Shown here: one piece after another, positions 17,684 through 26,828 of the stretch
Position numbering within the stretch: position 1 is the first letter of the stretch
How the letters are laid out: the number at the start of each line of letters is the position of its first letter
Virus record (IMG/VR): IMGVR_UViG_3300037042_006844
Coordinates: 1-64,000 of that record
DNA length: 64,000 bases
Strand: one strand, 5' to 3'
Notes under the pieces: model-generated
The model's database searches: none
What the model was told of the DNA's origin: nothing
Seen by the model: the letters and a program-made list of their open reading frames with translations, nothing else
Program-made: the position numbers and the translations under genes

Positions 17684-18811
17684 TTACTTCGTGATTCCTG
17701 CGAGCAATTGGAATCTTGAAGCCATCGCATCGGCTTGAGTTGCCACAATCATGGACTCAGGTCTGGTGGATGATACTGGTTTGCTTGCCAAACCTTCGGT
17801 GATAGTTGTTACGGTCGCATTAGATTTCTTTTTCGCAACCGATCCACCGGCATTATTTGATTCGGCTAAAACTGTATAAGCAAGCTTGATTTCACGCAAT
17901 GTTTTGGTGAGATCAAACGTGTTGATGACCCTCAACTTTTGAGCTTCGGTCAAATTCTTGTTTTTGAAAAGCTTGTTGGTATAAAGCAATTTTGCGTTGA
18001 GCAAATTGCTTTCTTCCAAAACGGTCTTAACATACTTGAGACCTTCATTGGCTTCAGAAAGACGTGCTTTCAATACTTCGTTCTCTTCGTTCAGAGCAAT
18101 CAATGCTTCAACCATTTCCTCATTGCTGATATCGCAATCTTCGGTTGGTGAAGGAACTTGTCCAGCTGCTGGAGCCGCTGGAGCCGCTGGGGCAACTGGG
18201 AGTCCAGTGTTAGGATCAATTTGCCCTGCTGCTGGAACTGGCGGCACAACTGGTGCTGGTGCTGCTCCTGGAACGCCATCTTCTTCAAGCTCGGCGAGAA
18301 GTTCGTCGAGGCTAAACTCTTCATCAGCGGGAACGTCGTCGAGGCTAAACTCTTCATCAGCGGGAACGTCGTCGTCGGATACTACAGGTTCGTCGCCCAT
18401 TTGTGCGCCACAACCGTCATCACCACATTCAGTGGTTGGGGTTTCGAGTTCGGCGAGAATCTCGTCAAGCTCTTCACTGGTGATTTCCATGCTCTCTTCC
18501 ATAGTTGCATCAAACTCTTGTTTGCCTGCTGGAGTGCTGTTTTTTGTTGCTGAAGCGGATGGTTTCACAGGATGTTGTTTTGAAGCAACGTTGCCTTTTT
18601 CGCCACCGATTTTTGAAGTAGAAAGTTTTTCTTCAATTTTCTCTCCGTCATCAGCATCTTGCTGCTCTTCTGAATCTTCCTTGAGTTTTTCTGCGAACAT
18701 GTTTTTCATGCTCTTTGCGAAATTTTCCTCAAGAAAAGTTTTTGCGTTCGCAATTGCAGTTTCACGAACTGCTTTTGCGTCGGCGATGCTCTCTTTTAAT
18801 AGATCGCTCAT
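17684..18811 (-). CDS. gp22: Prohead core scaffold protein (gp22-like)
   Basis: Acidic coiled-coil protein immediately upstream of the capsid gene; LLNAKLLY motif. Confidence 0.8.
   Translation of the reverse strand: MSDLLKESIADAKAVRETAIANAKTFLEENFAKSMKNMFAEKLKEDSEEQQDADDGEKIEEKLSTSKIGGEKGNVASKQHPVKPSASATKNSTPAGKQEFDATMEESMEITSEELDEILAELETPTTECGDDGCGAQMGDEPVVSDDDVPADEEFSLDDVPADEEFSLDELLAELEEDGVPGAAPAPVVPPVPAAGQIDPNTGLPVAPAAPAAPAAGQVPSPTEDCDISNEEMVEALIALNEENEVLKARLSEANEGLKYVKTVLEESNLLNAKLLYTNKLFKNKNLTEAQKLRVINTFDLTKTLREIKLAYTVLAESNNAGGSVAKKKSNATVTTITEGLASKPVSSTRPESMIVATQADAMASRFQLLAGITK
18303..18374. repeat. Perfect 33-nt tandem duplication inside the scaffold gene (DDVPADEEFSL x2)
   Basis: Unit tcgtcgaggctaaactcttcatcagcgggaacg starts at 18303 and 18336. 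Confidence 0.95.
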
Positions 18812-18960
18812 AATATAGTGTCCTTTTCTAGTTTTGTTGTGAAGTTATTGAAGAACTCCAAAGAAGATTTATCTGCACTGACATCAAAGACATTGATGTA
18901 TTTGATAATAAATATCGTATAAAAAAGGAAAATCGCAAAAATCTTTCTATTTATAGATAT

Positions 18961-19509
18961 ATGCTAGCACGCTCAGATAAACAACCACGATATTTCCAAT
19001 TCGAAAGAATGATCAAAAAAGGAGATGTATCACCCAATGATTACATCAAAATTCGCGAAATTGTTCAACGTTTGCGAGAAGAAGAAAGCTCGGCTGAATA
19101 TAGCATCAGTAAGATGCGAGAGGTCGAGGGAAAAACTTTTGATCAACTACTGAACGAAAACACAGGAGTTCGTTTTAACAAGCAAGAACTACTTGCTTTT
19201 CAATCAAAGCAAAAAGGGTTCGGTGGATTTGGCAAAGTAAATTTTACTCACAAGCAAGACCGAAACGAAATCGCTGCTGAAATAAGCAGCAACGAATCCA
19301 ACAAAACCTACGTTTTCAAAAAACTCGCAAACAACGAAAGCAAAGGCATGTTCAACTATGCATGTTTTATCGAAGTGCGTGGTGCCACTGAGGAAAAAAG
19401 CAAACCAAAAATTGTTTATACACTCAGCACAATTTTCAGCAACAATGACGATCAAAACACCAAAGTCCTAACAGACTTCATCAACCGAATCAACAACTAT
19501 GGACTATAA
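18961..19509 (+). CDS. Hypothetical protein
   Basis: 182-aa ORF with TATTTATA 5 nt upstream; stop overlaps the next start. Confidence 0.7.
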   Translation: MLARSDKQPRYFQFERMIKKGDVSPNDYIKIREIVQRLREEESSAEYSISKMREVEGKTFDQLLNENTGVRFNKQELLAFQSKQKGFGGFGKVNFTHKQDRNEIAAEISSNESNKTYVFKKLANNESKGMFNYACFIEVRGATEEKSKPKIVYTLSTIFSNNDDQNTKVLTDFINRINNYGL

Positions 19510-19870
19510 ATCATTACATTCTCAGCAAGTAAAATTGGGAAATTTTCTCAATCGATCATCGGGCAGTGATGTTGAAGAAGCCACCAAATTCAAACTGATT
19601 GAAATCGACCATCCAAACGGTTGGAGTTTCAGCGAAATCGATCAACTTGGAGATATGGGATTCAAAATTGACAACGATACGGATATGGTATCTGAAATCG
19701 AAGTTCCCACGATGGAGATGGCAGAAGAAAAAGTCCCCATCCGAGTTTATAAAACCGATGACGGATATGTTCTAGAAACTCACCGTCACTATGTTTTTGA
19801 GAGTTTCGAAAAAATGATTGATTTCATCGACTCAGTTCCGTCAGACCCCAAAATGAAAGGGCTGAAATAA
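19499..19870 (+). CDS. Hypothetical acidic protein
   Basis: 123-aa ORF overlapping the previous gene and followed by a terminator. Confidence 0.7.
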   Translation: MDYKSLHSQQVKLGNFLNRSSGSDVEEATKFKLIEIDHPNGWSFSEIDQLGDMGFKIDNDTDMVSEIEVPTMEMAEEKVPIRVYKTDDGYVLETHRHYVFESFEKMIDFIDSVPSDPKMKGLK

Positions 19871-19888
19871 CGCCCCACTATATAAAGC

Positions 19889-19914
19889 AAAAAACCGCCG
19901 AATGGCGGTTTTTT
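19889..19914. terminator. Bidirectional terminator between convergent genes
   Basis: AAAAAACCGCC-gaat-GGCGGTTTTTT. Confidence 0.9.
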
Positions 19915-19933
19915 CGTTTGTCGATCCAATGAT

Positions 19934-20404
19934 TTACTTTGGAGAATTTTGCGGCTTTTGATTGCTTTGTGGCTGTTGCGGTTGAGCAACTTGTGAGGTT
20001 GGTTGTGCCAGACCTTGTTGCATTTCAACTGGGTCAGCGATTTCAAAATAACGTTCCAACTTCAAACCAATTTCTTCATACAGCATTTCGAGTTGTTGTT
20101 CAACACCTTTGATTTTGTGTGCTTCTTCATACAACTTTGAAGCCATTTTCTTGACTTCTTTCATATCCCGCTCCACCATTTTTGCTTCCATCCACTCACG
20201 GCATTCTTTGAGTGCATAACGTTCGGCTAAATTGACGGCATCCATGATTTTGTTTGCAGTCTCGTAAACACACTCTGCCTTCAAGTTTTTGCGATATTCG
20301 TTGTAAGCCTTGATGGTTTCACGAAGTCTGACTTTCTCCTCTTTTGACAAAGGAGCATATGCTGTCTCGGTTGCATTTTCTACTAGATGTTTTAACTTGA
20401 TCAT
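19934..20404 (-). CDS. Head-module coiled-coil protein
   Basis: 156 aa, MIKLKHLVE leader, late box 4 nt upstream, adjacent to the protease gene. Confidence 0.65.
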   Translation of the reverse strand: MIKLKHLVENATETAYAPLSKEEKVRLRETIKAYNEYRKNLKAECVYETANKIMDAVNLAERYALKECREWMEAKMVERDMKEVKKMASKLYEEAHKIKGVEQQLEMLYEEIGLKLERYFEIADPVEMQQGLAQPTSQVAQPQQPQSNQKPQNSPK

Positions 20405-20425
20405 ATGCTATAAATAGGGTATAAA

Positions 20426-21028
20426 TTATAATTCCGAGATGATATCGTGAATGATTCTTTCAATATCACCATAAGGATTGACAATTTGATTTGGATTGAC
20501 ACTCTCGGCGAGTTTGTTCTGCGGATACATGAATGCACCTTGTGTGCTTGGATTGCTAACGAAATCAAATGCAATTAAATCAAAATCGTCTTGCACGACA
20601 TCGGCTCCCTCACGCATATCCTTTTTAACACTACCCAAACCACGGCTGCTGATTCCCAGCAAAATGCCTGCTTTGAGCAAATCTTTAAGAATGTTGCCGC
20701 TTGGTGTGGGAAGAATTTCAACTGTCCCAACCAAATCATCGCCGTCCCAACCCATATCCACAATATTGTGGCTAACGTTTTTTAGGTTAACAACGCTGCT
20801 TTCTGGATGATCCAGTTCGCCCATTGCCCTACGTTGTTTCACAAAGTTATCCAAATATTTTGCAGCTTCACGCTCTAAAATACCTTTTGGGTAAACTCTA
20901 CCGTTTTGGTTTTTTGCATCGGCACGTTGTAGTGTGCCTGTGACAAGCATTTTGCCATCGGTCAAAGATTCGTTCAACGAAGACCTTTTGAACTCAAATG
21001 GTAATACATCAATTAATACTGTTTTCAT
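20426..21028 (-). CDS. gp21: Prohead protease (gp21-like)
   Basis: KNQNGRVYP, GELDHP, VSH, GISSRGLGS and DFVSNPS motifs. Confidence 0.95.
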   Translation of the reverse strand: MKTVLIDVLPFEFKRSSLNESLTDGKMLVTGTLQRADAKNQNGRVYPKGILEREAAKYLDNFVKQRRAMGELDHPESSVVNLKNVSHNIVDMGWDGDDLVGTVEILPTPSGNILKDLLKAGILLGISSRGLGSVKKDMREGADVVQDDFDLIAFDFVSNPSTQGAFMYPQNKLAESVNPNQIVNPYGDIERIIHDIISEL

Positions 21029-21031
21029 GTG

Positions 21032-22099
21032 TTAAGCTGTTGGTGGCGGTTGAGTTCCAGTTTTATCTGCTGGTTTTTCTTCGCCGACTGGAGCCGCTGG
21101 TTCTTTGCTCGTCACTGTATTGTTGGGACTCGACGAAGACTGTTTGGCTGGATCGACCAATGCTTGCGATTTGGCGATTTGATATCGATCTTTTGGTTTT
21201 GTTTCAGCGGGACCAAGAATTTTGACCTTGAATCCTGGCTTGATAAAGAACTTTGCGGTCTTTTGTTTACTTTCCTCGCGCCCGAGAATGATGATCACAT
21301 AGCGATCATAATAATAATCGATGTTCACGCCAGTCACGTTAATTGTATAATCAGTCTCAGGCTGTTTGAAACCTTTGCTCGCACGGACCACAATTTTTTT
21401 ATTGAGAATTTGATCCTGAATCTTTTTTTGCAGATTCGTTTTCAACTCTTCAGTGCTATCTTTCAGCTTGGTGTCAAACTGAGTAAAATCTGGTTGGAGG
21501 TTATATGCTTGCACTTGCACGTTTGGTGCAGCGGGTTGTTGCTGCTGCGGTTGTGCAGTTTGCGCTGGTGCTTGCGGAGCCGCCGGTTGTTGAGCGGGAA
21601 CTTCACCCGCTTCGGTTCGTAAACGATATCGTAAACCGTTGATCCCTTCAACTACTTTGATGCCCTTTTTGTAAAAATGATTCTCTGTAAACGGCAAGCG
21701 ACCTTGTTTATATCCGTCAAGACCAGGATCCATTTCTGGATCGCCATGTTGAGGAAGCCCGTTTTTATCAGCCCAAACATCGACTGGTTCAATATTTTGT
21801 GCTGGAGTCACATAAGCTGGCTCACTATACATTTGGTTTTCCAATGACAAATCGGTATTCCGATTCACCGGTTTTGCGAGCTTATATCCAAGCTGTGTAG
21901 CTGCTTTAACGTTTCCGGGACCACGGCGGCTAAATGCAAACGGTGACATCACACCGCCAACTGCACTGCTGGTAGTAGCTTCATCTATCCCATTAATTGC
22001 AGCATCAATACGCTCTTTAAGGTCAGGAGCAATATTCTCAGCATTGACCTCCAAATAGCGTTGCAGCTTTGCTTTTTTTAACTCAGTTTTCATTGGCAA
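21032..22099 (-). CDS. Hypothetical head-module protein
   Basis: 355-aa ORF coupled to its neighbours; EATTSSAVGG..PFAF segment; P/A/Q linker. Confidence 0.65.
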   Translation of the reverse strand: MPMKTELKKAKLQRYLEVNAENIAPDLKERIDAAINGIDEATTSSAVGGVMSPFAFSRRGPGNVKAATQLGYKLAKPVNRNTDLSLENQMYSEPAYVTPAQNIEPVDVWADKNGLPQHGDPEMDPGLDGYKQGRLPFTENHFYKKGIKVVEGINGLRYRLRTEAGEVPAQQPAAPQAPAQTAQPQQQQPAAPNVQVQAYNLQPDFTQFDTKLKDSTEELKTNLQKKIQDQILNKKIVVRASKGFKQPETDYTINVTGVNIDYYYDRYVIIILGREESKQKTAKFFIKPGFKVKILGPAETKPKDRYQIAKSQALVDPAKQSSSSPNNTVTSKEPAAPVGEEKPADKTGTQPPPTA

Positions 22100-22949
22100 A
22101 TTTGTTCACTGCTTCAATCAATTCGTATGCACTCAACAAACTGGTCAACTGATTTTCTCTCACAACGCCAACGACAGTTTTATTAGAAAGTTGAGCAATA
22201 GTCTCATTGAGCTTAATTTTGATCACATCGCTTTTGACCAAAATAGCACGTTCTTTCAACACATCAGCCACACGCTTGTATTCTTTATTGACAAATTCCG
22301 TGAATTTATTGGTATTGGACACATTCGTGATATACTCTTTGAGCAGAGTTTTTTGTGATGGAAGTAATGTGGAGTATTTCTTATTGAAATTTTCGATCAA
22401 AAATTTATAAGCGAGCAGTTTCACTTCGGCTGGTTGTGAACTATACATGTCAAGTGGCTGATCATCCGTTTTTTTCTCTCGGATTAAATTCTCGACAACA
22501 AACTCTCGGGCTTCAAGCAAATCGGCAACATCGAATTGAGATTCGCCGTCGGTCTGATTTTCAAACAGTTTGTAGACACTGGCATACAATTTGTAATTGG
22601 GGATTTTGTTTTTCAAAAAATCGTCAATATCAAACTGAGCTTTAATCTCTTTAATGAGATTGTATTTTTGGGTGTTCAAATCCCGCTCATCCAATTTTGA
22701 ACGAGTTTGAAGAACAACGTTAAGGAGTCTTTCGGCTGATTCAGAGTTTTTTGATGCCTGATTGACAACGAAATTATAGAGTTGAAACTCTTTCCCTAGC
22801 GATGTGCTTTCATTGAAGTATTTGAACATCAAATTCTTCGTGAATGACTCGTCCCGCCCAGCCAAAATATCGGCTGTAATTTGGCGGGTAAGTAGCTCAA
22901 ATAATACTCCGCTGTTCTTGAACTTCGAATGTTTAGCTTTCTTACGCAT
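22083..22949 (-). CDS. Hypothetical head-module protein (between portal and protease)
   Basis: 288-aa ORF with the late box upstream. Confidence 0.7.
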   Translation of the reverse strand: MRKKAKHSKFKNSGVLFELLTRQITADILAGRDESFTKNLMFKYFNESTSLGKEFQLYNFVVNQASKNSESAERLLNVVLQTRSKLDERDLNTQKYNLIKEIKAQFDIDDFLKNKIPNYKLYASVYKLFENQTDGESQFDVADLLEAREFVVENLIREKKTDDQPLDMYSSQPAEVKLLAYKFLIENFNKKYSTLLPSQKTLLKEYITNVSNTNKFTEFVNKEYKRVADVLKERAILVKSDVIKIKLNETIAQLSNKTVVGVVRENQLTSLLSAYELIEAVNKFANEN

Positions 22950-23003
22950 ATAGTTCTATTAAATATAAATATGTATCACTTTACAAAATCATCGCGAATT
23001 GTG

Positions 23004-26000
23004 CTATTCCTTGATATTTGTTTCATCCATAAACGATTTTTCTTGTCCTTCTCGCAAAATTTCTTTTTGCCCGTCTACAGATTTTAACGCCGTTGCTAAT
23101 GATTCCATACTTTCCAACGACAACGGGGATTTTTTTCGGTATTTGTGTGCAGGACGCAAATCGCTACGAGAGTTGATTTCCAACGTTCCGAGTGGGTCTT
23201 CGCCAAACGGATAATCTCTAGCTTTTTTTCTACCAGTCTGATCGCGCTCTGTGAGTTTTGGTGCTTCTCCTCCAGCTGGTGCAGCACTAGCATCGGCACC
23301 GCCAGCTGCTTCTCCACCAGCACCAGCTTCTCCACCAGCCTCATCGCCACCTGGTGAGCCGCCCCCGCCTCCGCCGCTTTCATCACCGCCACCTTCCCCG
23401 CCAGCTTCACCATCACCTTTGGCTTTGAGAAACTCCAATGCGGGATCGTTACCTTCTTCTTCGATTTGTTTGAATCGATACATACCTTTCGCATCGTCCA
23501 CAAGCTCTTTTTGTAGCACAATCATGTCTTGATCGCTCATACCAAAAACATTATCATATATCCACTTCTTGCTGAATAGTTTTTGTTCCTGCATGTCTTT
23601 GGACACTTCGACTTTGCTTTTCCAAACGTCGATTTTTTCTTTTTCAAAAATCGTGGATGGGTTCGTCAGTTCCAAAGTGAAATCGACCAATGCTTCATCA
23701 CGGTATCCTTGACTATACAAATGCACCACCGCAATTTTGTTCAATTCGCTCACAATGATGCGTTGAACACGTTGAATGGTTCTGGCAAAACGAATATCTT
23801 CGGCGGCGAGCGTTGCTTTACCAGACAGTGCTTCGTCATATCCCAAAAATGCTTTGGGGATTTTGAGTGCCGCCATCATTTTGTTGCGCAGATATTCAAT
23901 ATCGTCAGTTCCTGTCCATTCAAGGCCTGGCAAATTCTCAATATTGGTTCCGCTATCGCCACCACGAACTGGAAGGAAAAAATCTTCAACCATGTTTTGT
24001 AGGTTGAAACGCAGATTGTAATCACCCGTGTTTTGATCCAAATATGGAGTCTTTTTCATTTGTTGAATAAGACGTTCCATATGGTTATCAACCTCATTTG
24101 GAGGAATATTACCAATGTCCACTTTGAAAATGCGTTTTTCGGGTGCTCGCATGATACGATGGATCAACATAGCGTCTTCCATCAAGCTCAACTGTTTCCA
24201 AACTCGTCGAGCACCTTCCAACATCGAATTATGAACGACTATTCCATTTGCTACAAAATTTGAATTTTCCGATTCAACTTGAATGTCATAAGTTGGTTGT
24301 ATCCCAATTGATTCTATAGATTTAATAGGGTCCAGAATAACACTATCACATCCAATATGAGAATATTTATGTAATTGCGTCTTTTTTAATCCATCCAAAT
24401 AGAAATATATGTAATATGACTTGGTTCTGTTACATGTTGTCCCACATATTATAGTTTCACCATCAAATCCTCGCTCTTTAACATTTGAACACTTAAATCC
24501 TAAACGAGATATCATACACTTGACATCTTCCACTAAAGTCTTATTATTTAATTCTAATGAATATCGATTTGAATTCCATTTATCCGTAAAAATAGACCCA
24601 TCTGCATCCACAAGTCCATTAATAAATGATAACTGCAACGATTCCGATAGTTGAAATACCCAGTATGGGATTCTTTTCGTGGTCGCTTTTCCTTTGAATC
24701 CGTTAATATACAAAAATTCAGCCAACATCTTAGATCCAACAACAGATTGGTCTCCGCTATTTTCGCCTCCTTCTATCAGTCTCGATTGTTTGTTTGCAAA
24801 CTTTTCAAGTAGTGTTGTGTATTTATCATTCAATTCCAAGTTTACACCCCTCGCAAAACACACAGTATCCATTGCTTTGTTCAACCATCCATCACCAAAC
24901 ATGAACCCAAAAAATTCCATGAAATCGTTGGTAGGGTTAACAGGCAACGAGGTTATATCCGATTTCCATCCGTTATGGTTTGATGTGGTAATAAAATCTG
25001 TGCTAAGTTTTATGTCTGCTCTGGATGACATCGATTTATTGTTAAGAACCAATAAGTCTGTTATTGCCAAATCCCCGGCATTTTTATATACAAATACATC
25101 ATCAGAATATACCAAAATAGGATGTGTATCTGTGCATTCGATTGAATTGTGTTGGGTGCTTATTTTATAAGTATGTTTGTCCCCAGAAGCAATCGAATTA
25201 AGAACTGTCGATAATTCATATGTTCTACTTTCTACATTATAAGTCCATACTTTATCACCCACCGCAATTTCGTTTATGCGTTTCGCACCAAATTCCATGT
25301 CCACATATGAGTTTTTTGCCAAACATTTTCCATATGGCAGAAAATTACTGTCATTTAGCAAACGGAAATGCGCCATTTGATAATTCTCAAGGTCTTCAAT
25401 TTTATTGCCGTATGGAAGATTGACTTGGAATTTGGTAAAGTTTTTGTTGGTCAAATGAGAGTTCTCAACGCGGGTGACATAGTATGAACTAAGCGGCTCC
25501 ACCATGTAAACGCCGTATTCTGGACTGATGTGCATTCTCAAATAGAAATCGCCATATTTAGCCAAACTGCGGGTCCAACTCCAAAGATTGAACTCGATAT
25601 TGAGGATGTCATAAAACAAATTGTTTAGAACGCTTTTGATGTCATCATTGCTGCTACGAACCGTGATCACCTCTCCAAGCTCATTGCGAGTGGTGCATTC
25701 GTCGGCATAAATGTCCAGAGCGGATGCCAAAATCGGGTCCATATCCATAGTATTTCCACAGATTACACTATCAGTTGCAAAGTTATGATATTCCTCCACC
25801 GTAACATCATAGACATCCGTTTCACCTATCATTTCAATAGATACTATTTTATGGTTTAATGTAGTTTCTACTTCCTGCTTGAAAGATTTCCAATCATGCC
25901 CCTCTTTTTTGAGACGATTTTGTAGAGTTGAATGATCGCAATGAATATGATCAATGAACTCCCATAAATTTATTTTTGAGTTTTCTTTATAAAACTCCAA

Positions 26001-26804
26001 TGCTTTCTCTTTGACATTGGAAAATGTTATATCTCCACGATATTTTGGATTGTGTTCTCCTGTTTGATTTCTATTAACAAATACTTCTTTGAGAGTTTTT
26101 GATCGTTGTTCATTCGATTCATCGGAATGTTGTTTTCCATAAAACTGTGTAGCAATAAGTTTGTGTTCAGACACCCATCCGTGAGAATAATTATAAATAC
26201 TCCGATACCCAAGTTTATTGGTGTGTTGATAAAACGGCATTACTGAATCTCCAACCCGAAGTTCATATAACATTTTATACGATCCATCTCTCATCATAAA
26301 TGGATGTTTCAAACTTCCAATGACAAATTTGCCATCATCAAACGTCACTTTATATCCTTGGCGGGTTCCTTTTTTCTTACGAGGATGATACGCCTTTCCC
26401 AATTTAATACTATCTGTTTTGTGGTCATAGCTAAACACATAGAATCTTTCTTGGGGTTTATCTTTGTATCGTTCCGTCAATTCTGCTATTGTTGGGTATG
26501 TTCCATCTGGCAATGGGATAATCGTATCCGGTCCAACACAATCATAATCGCGAAACAACTCAACACGACTACTTTGATAACTGAGATTGAAATCTCGGGT
26601 ATACTGATTATATGCAGTTGTGCGAAGACGATTGAACCTATCACGCAGCGAACTACGATCCGCTGCATAAAAAATTTCGTCGGTGTCGATGACTTTGAGC
26701 TTTTTACCACCGATATTGCGAACAATAATATCGTTGCTAAACAGTCGTTTTAACTTAGCGTATAGCGATCTGTTTTTTAGCTCTTGAAATGATTTTTCAT
26801 CCAT
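23004..26804 (-). CDS. gp20: Portal protein (gp20-like) with two inteins
   Basis: After removing inteins: DYD-TMDMDPILASALDIYADE, LPYGK-SMLEGARRVWKQLSLMEDAMLIHRIMRAPEKRIFKVDIGN, EDFFLPVRG. Confidence 0.95.
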   Translation of the reverse strand: MDEKSFQELKNRSLYAKLKRLFSNDIIVRNIGGKKLKVIDTDEIFYAADRSSLRDRFNRLRTTAYNQYTRDFNLSYQSSRVELFRDYDCVGPDTIIPLPDGTYPTIAELTERYKDKPQERFYVFSYDHKTDSIKLGKAYHPRKKKGTRQGYKVTFDDGKFVIGSLKHPFMMRDGSYKMLYELRVGDSVMPFYQHTNKLGYRSIYNYSHGWVSEHKLIATQFYGKQHSDESNEQRSKTLKEVFVNRNQTGEHNPKYRGDITFSNVKEKALEFYKENSKINLWEFIDHIHCDHSTLQNRLKKEGHDWKSFKQEVETTLNHKIVSIEMIGETDVYDVTVEEYHNFATDSVICGNTMDMDPILASALDIYADECTTRNELGEVITVRSSNDDIKSVLNNLFYDILNIEFNLWSWTRSLAKYGDFYLRMHISPEYGVYMVEPLSSYYVTRVENSHLTNKNFTKFQVNLPYGNKIEDLENYQMAHFRLLNDSNFLPYGKCLAKNSYVDMEFGAKRINEIAVGDKVWTYNVESRTYELSTVLNSIASGDKHTYKISTQHNSIECTDTHPILVYSDDVFVYKNAGDLAITDLLVLNNKSMSSRADIKLSTDFITTSNHNGWKSDITSLPVNPTNDFMEFFGFMFGDGWLNKAMDTVCFARGVNLELNDKYTTLLEKFANKQSRLIEGGENSGDQSVVGSKMLAEFLYINGFKGKATTKRIPYWVFQLSESLQLSFINGLVDADGSIFTDKWNSNRYSLELNNKTLVEDVKCMISRLGFKCSNVKERGFDGETIICGTTCNRTKSYYIYFYLDGLKKTQLHKYSHIGCDSVILDPIKSIESIGIQPTYDIQVESENSNFVANGIVVHNSMLEGARRVWKQLSLMEDAMLIHRIMRAPEKRIFKVDIGNIPPNEVDNHMERLIQQMKKTPYLDQNTGDYNLRFNLQNMVEDFFLPVRGGDSGTNIENLPGLEWTGTDDIEYLRNKMMAALKIPKAFLGYDEALSGKATLAAEDIRFARTIQRVQRIIVSELNKIAVVHLYSQGYRDEALVDFTLELTNPSTIFEKEKIDVWKSKVEVSKDMQEQKLFSKKWIYDNVFGMSDQDMIVLQKELVDDAKGMYRFKQIEEEGNDPALEFLKAKGDGEAGGEGGGDESGGGGGGSPGGDEAGGEAGAGGEAAGGADASAAPAGGEAPKLTERDQTGRKKARDYPFGEDPLGTLEINSRSDLRPAHKYRKKSPLSLESMESLATALKSVDGQKEILREGQEKSFMDETNIKE
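24228..25325 (-). mobile_element. Intein with LAGLIDADG homing endonuclease (366 aa) in portal
   Basis: Starts CLAKNS, ends VVHN followed by Ser; FFGFMFGDG and FINGLVDADGS motifs. Confidence 0.92.
25752..26540 (-). mobile_element. Intein (263 aa) in the portal N-terminus with an eroded endonuclease region
   Basis: Starts CVGPDT, block B SLKHPF, ends YHNFATDSVICGN followed by Thr; internal SEHKLIA, NQTGEHNPKY and HTH-like segments. Confidence 0.9.
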
Positions 26805-26828
26805 AATGTGCTATCTTATATATAAGTA

